In this document: one piece after another, positions 25,137 through 25,779 of the stretch
Numbering within the stretch: position 1 is the first letter of the stretch
Layout: each line of letters starts with the position of its first letter
DNA from: a virus
Lineage: Duplodnaviria > Caudoviricetes
IMG/VR virus record: IMGVR_UViG_3300016474_000048
Span: 1 to 25,779 of that record
Reading direction: 5' to 3' (one strand)
DNA: 25,779 nucleotides
Program-made: the position numbers and the translations under genes
Notes under the pieces: model-generated
Seen by the model: only the letters and a program-made list of their open reading frames with translations
Told to the model about the DNA's origin: nothing
The model's database searches: none

Positions 25137-25290
25137 TCCCCCTCTCCCTCTCTCTTATATATTATTATAAATCATTAAAAGTATAATTATATATATAGAT
25201 GGGGGGATGATGAGTAGACAGGGGTTGGGGTGGTACAGGGGGTGTATACTAGAACAACCATTATCCTTTTCTCGTTTTCTTGCATTATCC
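25137..25290. other. AT-rich, low-complexity non-coding island between divergent transcription units
   Basis: CT-tract, about 45 nt of almost pure A/T (25155-25200), G-runs, then a T-rich tract, in otherwise GC-rich DNA. Confidence 0.8.
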
Positions 25291-25337
25291 CGGCGGAGGT
25301 GCCAGATAGGCAACCCCACGACCCGAGGATGCCCGCC

Positions 25338-25779
25338 ATGCCCCTGCCCGACCACGCCAGCCCTGCCGCCCCCGGCTCGCTGCACGACGCGACGCGCGAG
25401 CGCATCGCTCTGGCGCTCGACCGCCGCCGGAGCGGGCTGCGCGCGAGCTACCTCGTGCGCTACCACGCGGCCCGCGCCAACCTCGACCCGGCGGAGATCG
25501 AGGAGATGCTCGTGCAGCTCGTCGAGCTGCGCCGCGCGGTCGCGCTGCGCGCGGTGAACGGCTCGCTCTGGATGCTGCCTCGGCGCGTGCGGCTGGACGG
25601 GCGTGCGGTGGTTCTGGCGCTGCCCTCGCCGCTCGCCCCGGGCGAGGAACTGGTCGAGGACGCCCAGCGGCTGGCCGAGATCCTCGCGCGCGACGCTGGC
25701 CGCCGCGCCGCAGGCCAGCGCGCCGGGACGGATCCCGAGCACGTCGCCGCCCGGGCCGAGGCGCTCGTGGCGCGCGCTG
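25338..25779 (+). CDS. Hypothetical protein, possibly winged-helix DNA-binding; 3' end lies outside the window
   Basis: Not in the track (no stop). GAGG precedes the ATG at 25338 (alternative ATG 25329). MPLPDHAS...TRERIALALDRRRSGLRASYLVRYHAARANLDPAEIEEMLVQLVELRRAVALRAVNGSLWML, GC3-rich and open to the window end. Confidence 0.6.
   Translation, partial: MPLPDHASPAAPGSLHDATRERIALALDRRRSGLRASYLVRYHAARANLDPAEIEEMLVQLVELRRAVALRAVNGSLWMLPRRVRLDGRAVVLALPSPLAPGEELVEDAQRLAEILARDAGRRAAGQRAGTDPEHVAARAEALVARA

Noticed and set aside
1-25779. CRISPR array, tRNA, rRNA, integrase/transposase, DGR
   Set aside because: No regularly spaced repeats, cloverleaf, recombinase or reverse transcriptase seen by eye; the palindromes are dispersed, not arrayed.

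Overview
This window is the late (virion assembly) region of a high-GC tailed dsDNA phage or prophage, probably podovirus-like. Almost everything is on the minus strand. In transcription order it runs: small terminase, a 1687-aa multidomain protein, large terminase, a 1112-aa multidomain protein, portal, three small ORFs, GroES-like co-chaperonin, scaffold, two conserved head-module proteins, major capsid protein, two decoration-like proteins, four tiny basic proteins, adaptor/tail-tubular protein, a small CxxC protein and two tail-fibre proteins (the last runs off the window). An AT-rich island and a divergent, truncated ORF lie at the right end. Two signals stand out. (1) The two large proteins in the packaging module are strings of unrelated domains (two ADP-ribosyltransferase-like, one JAMM/JAB metalloprotease, one HhH-GPD glycosylase-like, one HDxxGH domain, membrane-like segments). 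Every junction carries a [FYHK]-x-x-G-G-x-V linker, and the same motif recurs in the tiny basic proteins. This suggests a diglycine-tagged polyprotein or cargo-processing system. (2) A 17-bp palindrome, GTTRYC-N5-GRYAAC, occurs about 9 times, often over promoters or directly against start codons. All functional calls are by-eye motif recognition; no searches were run.
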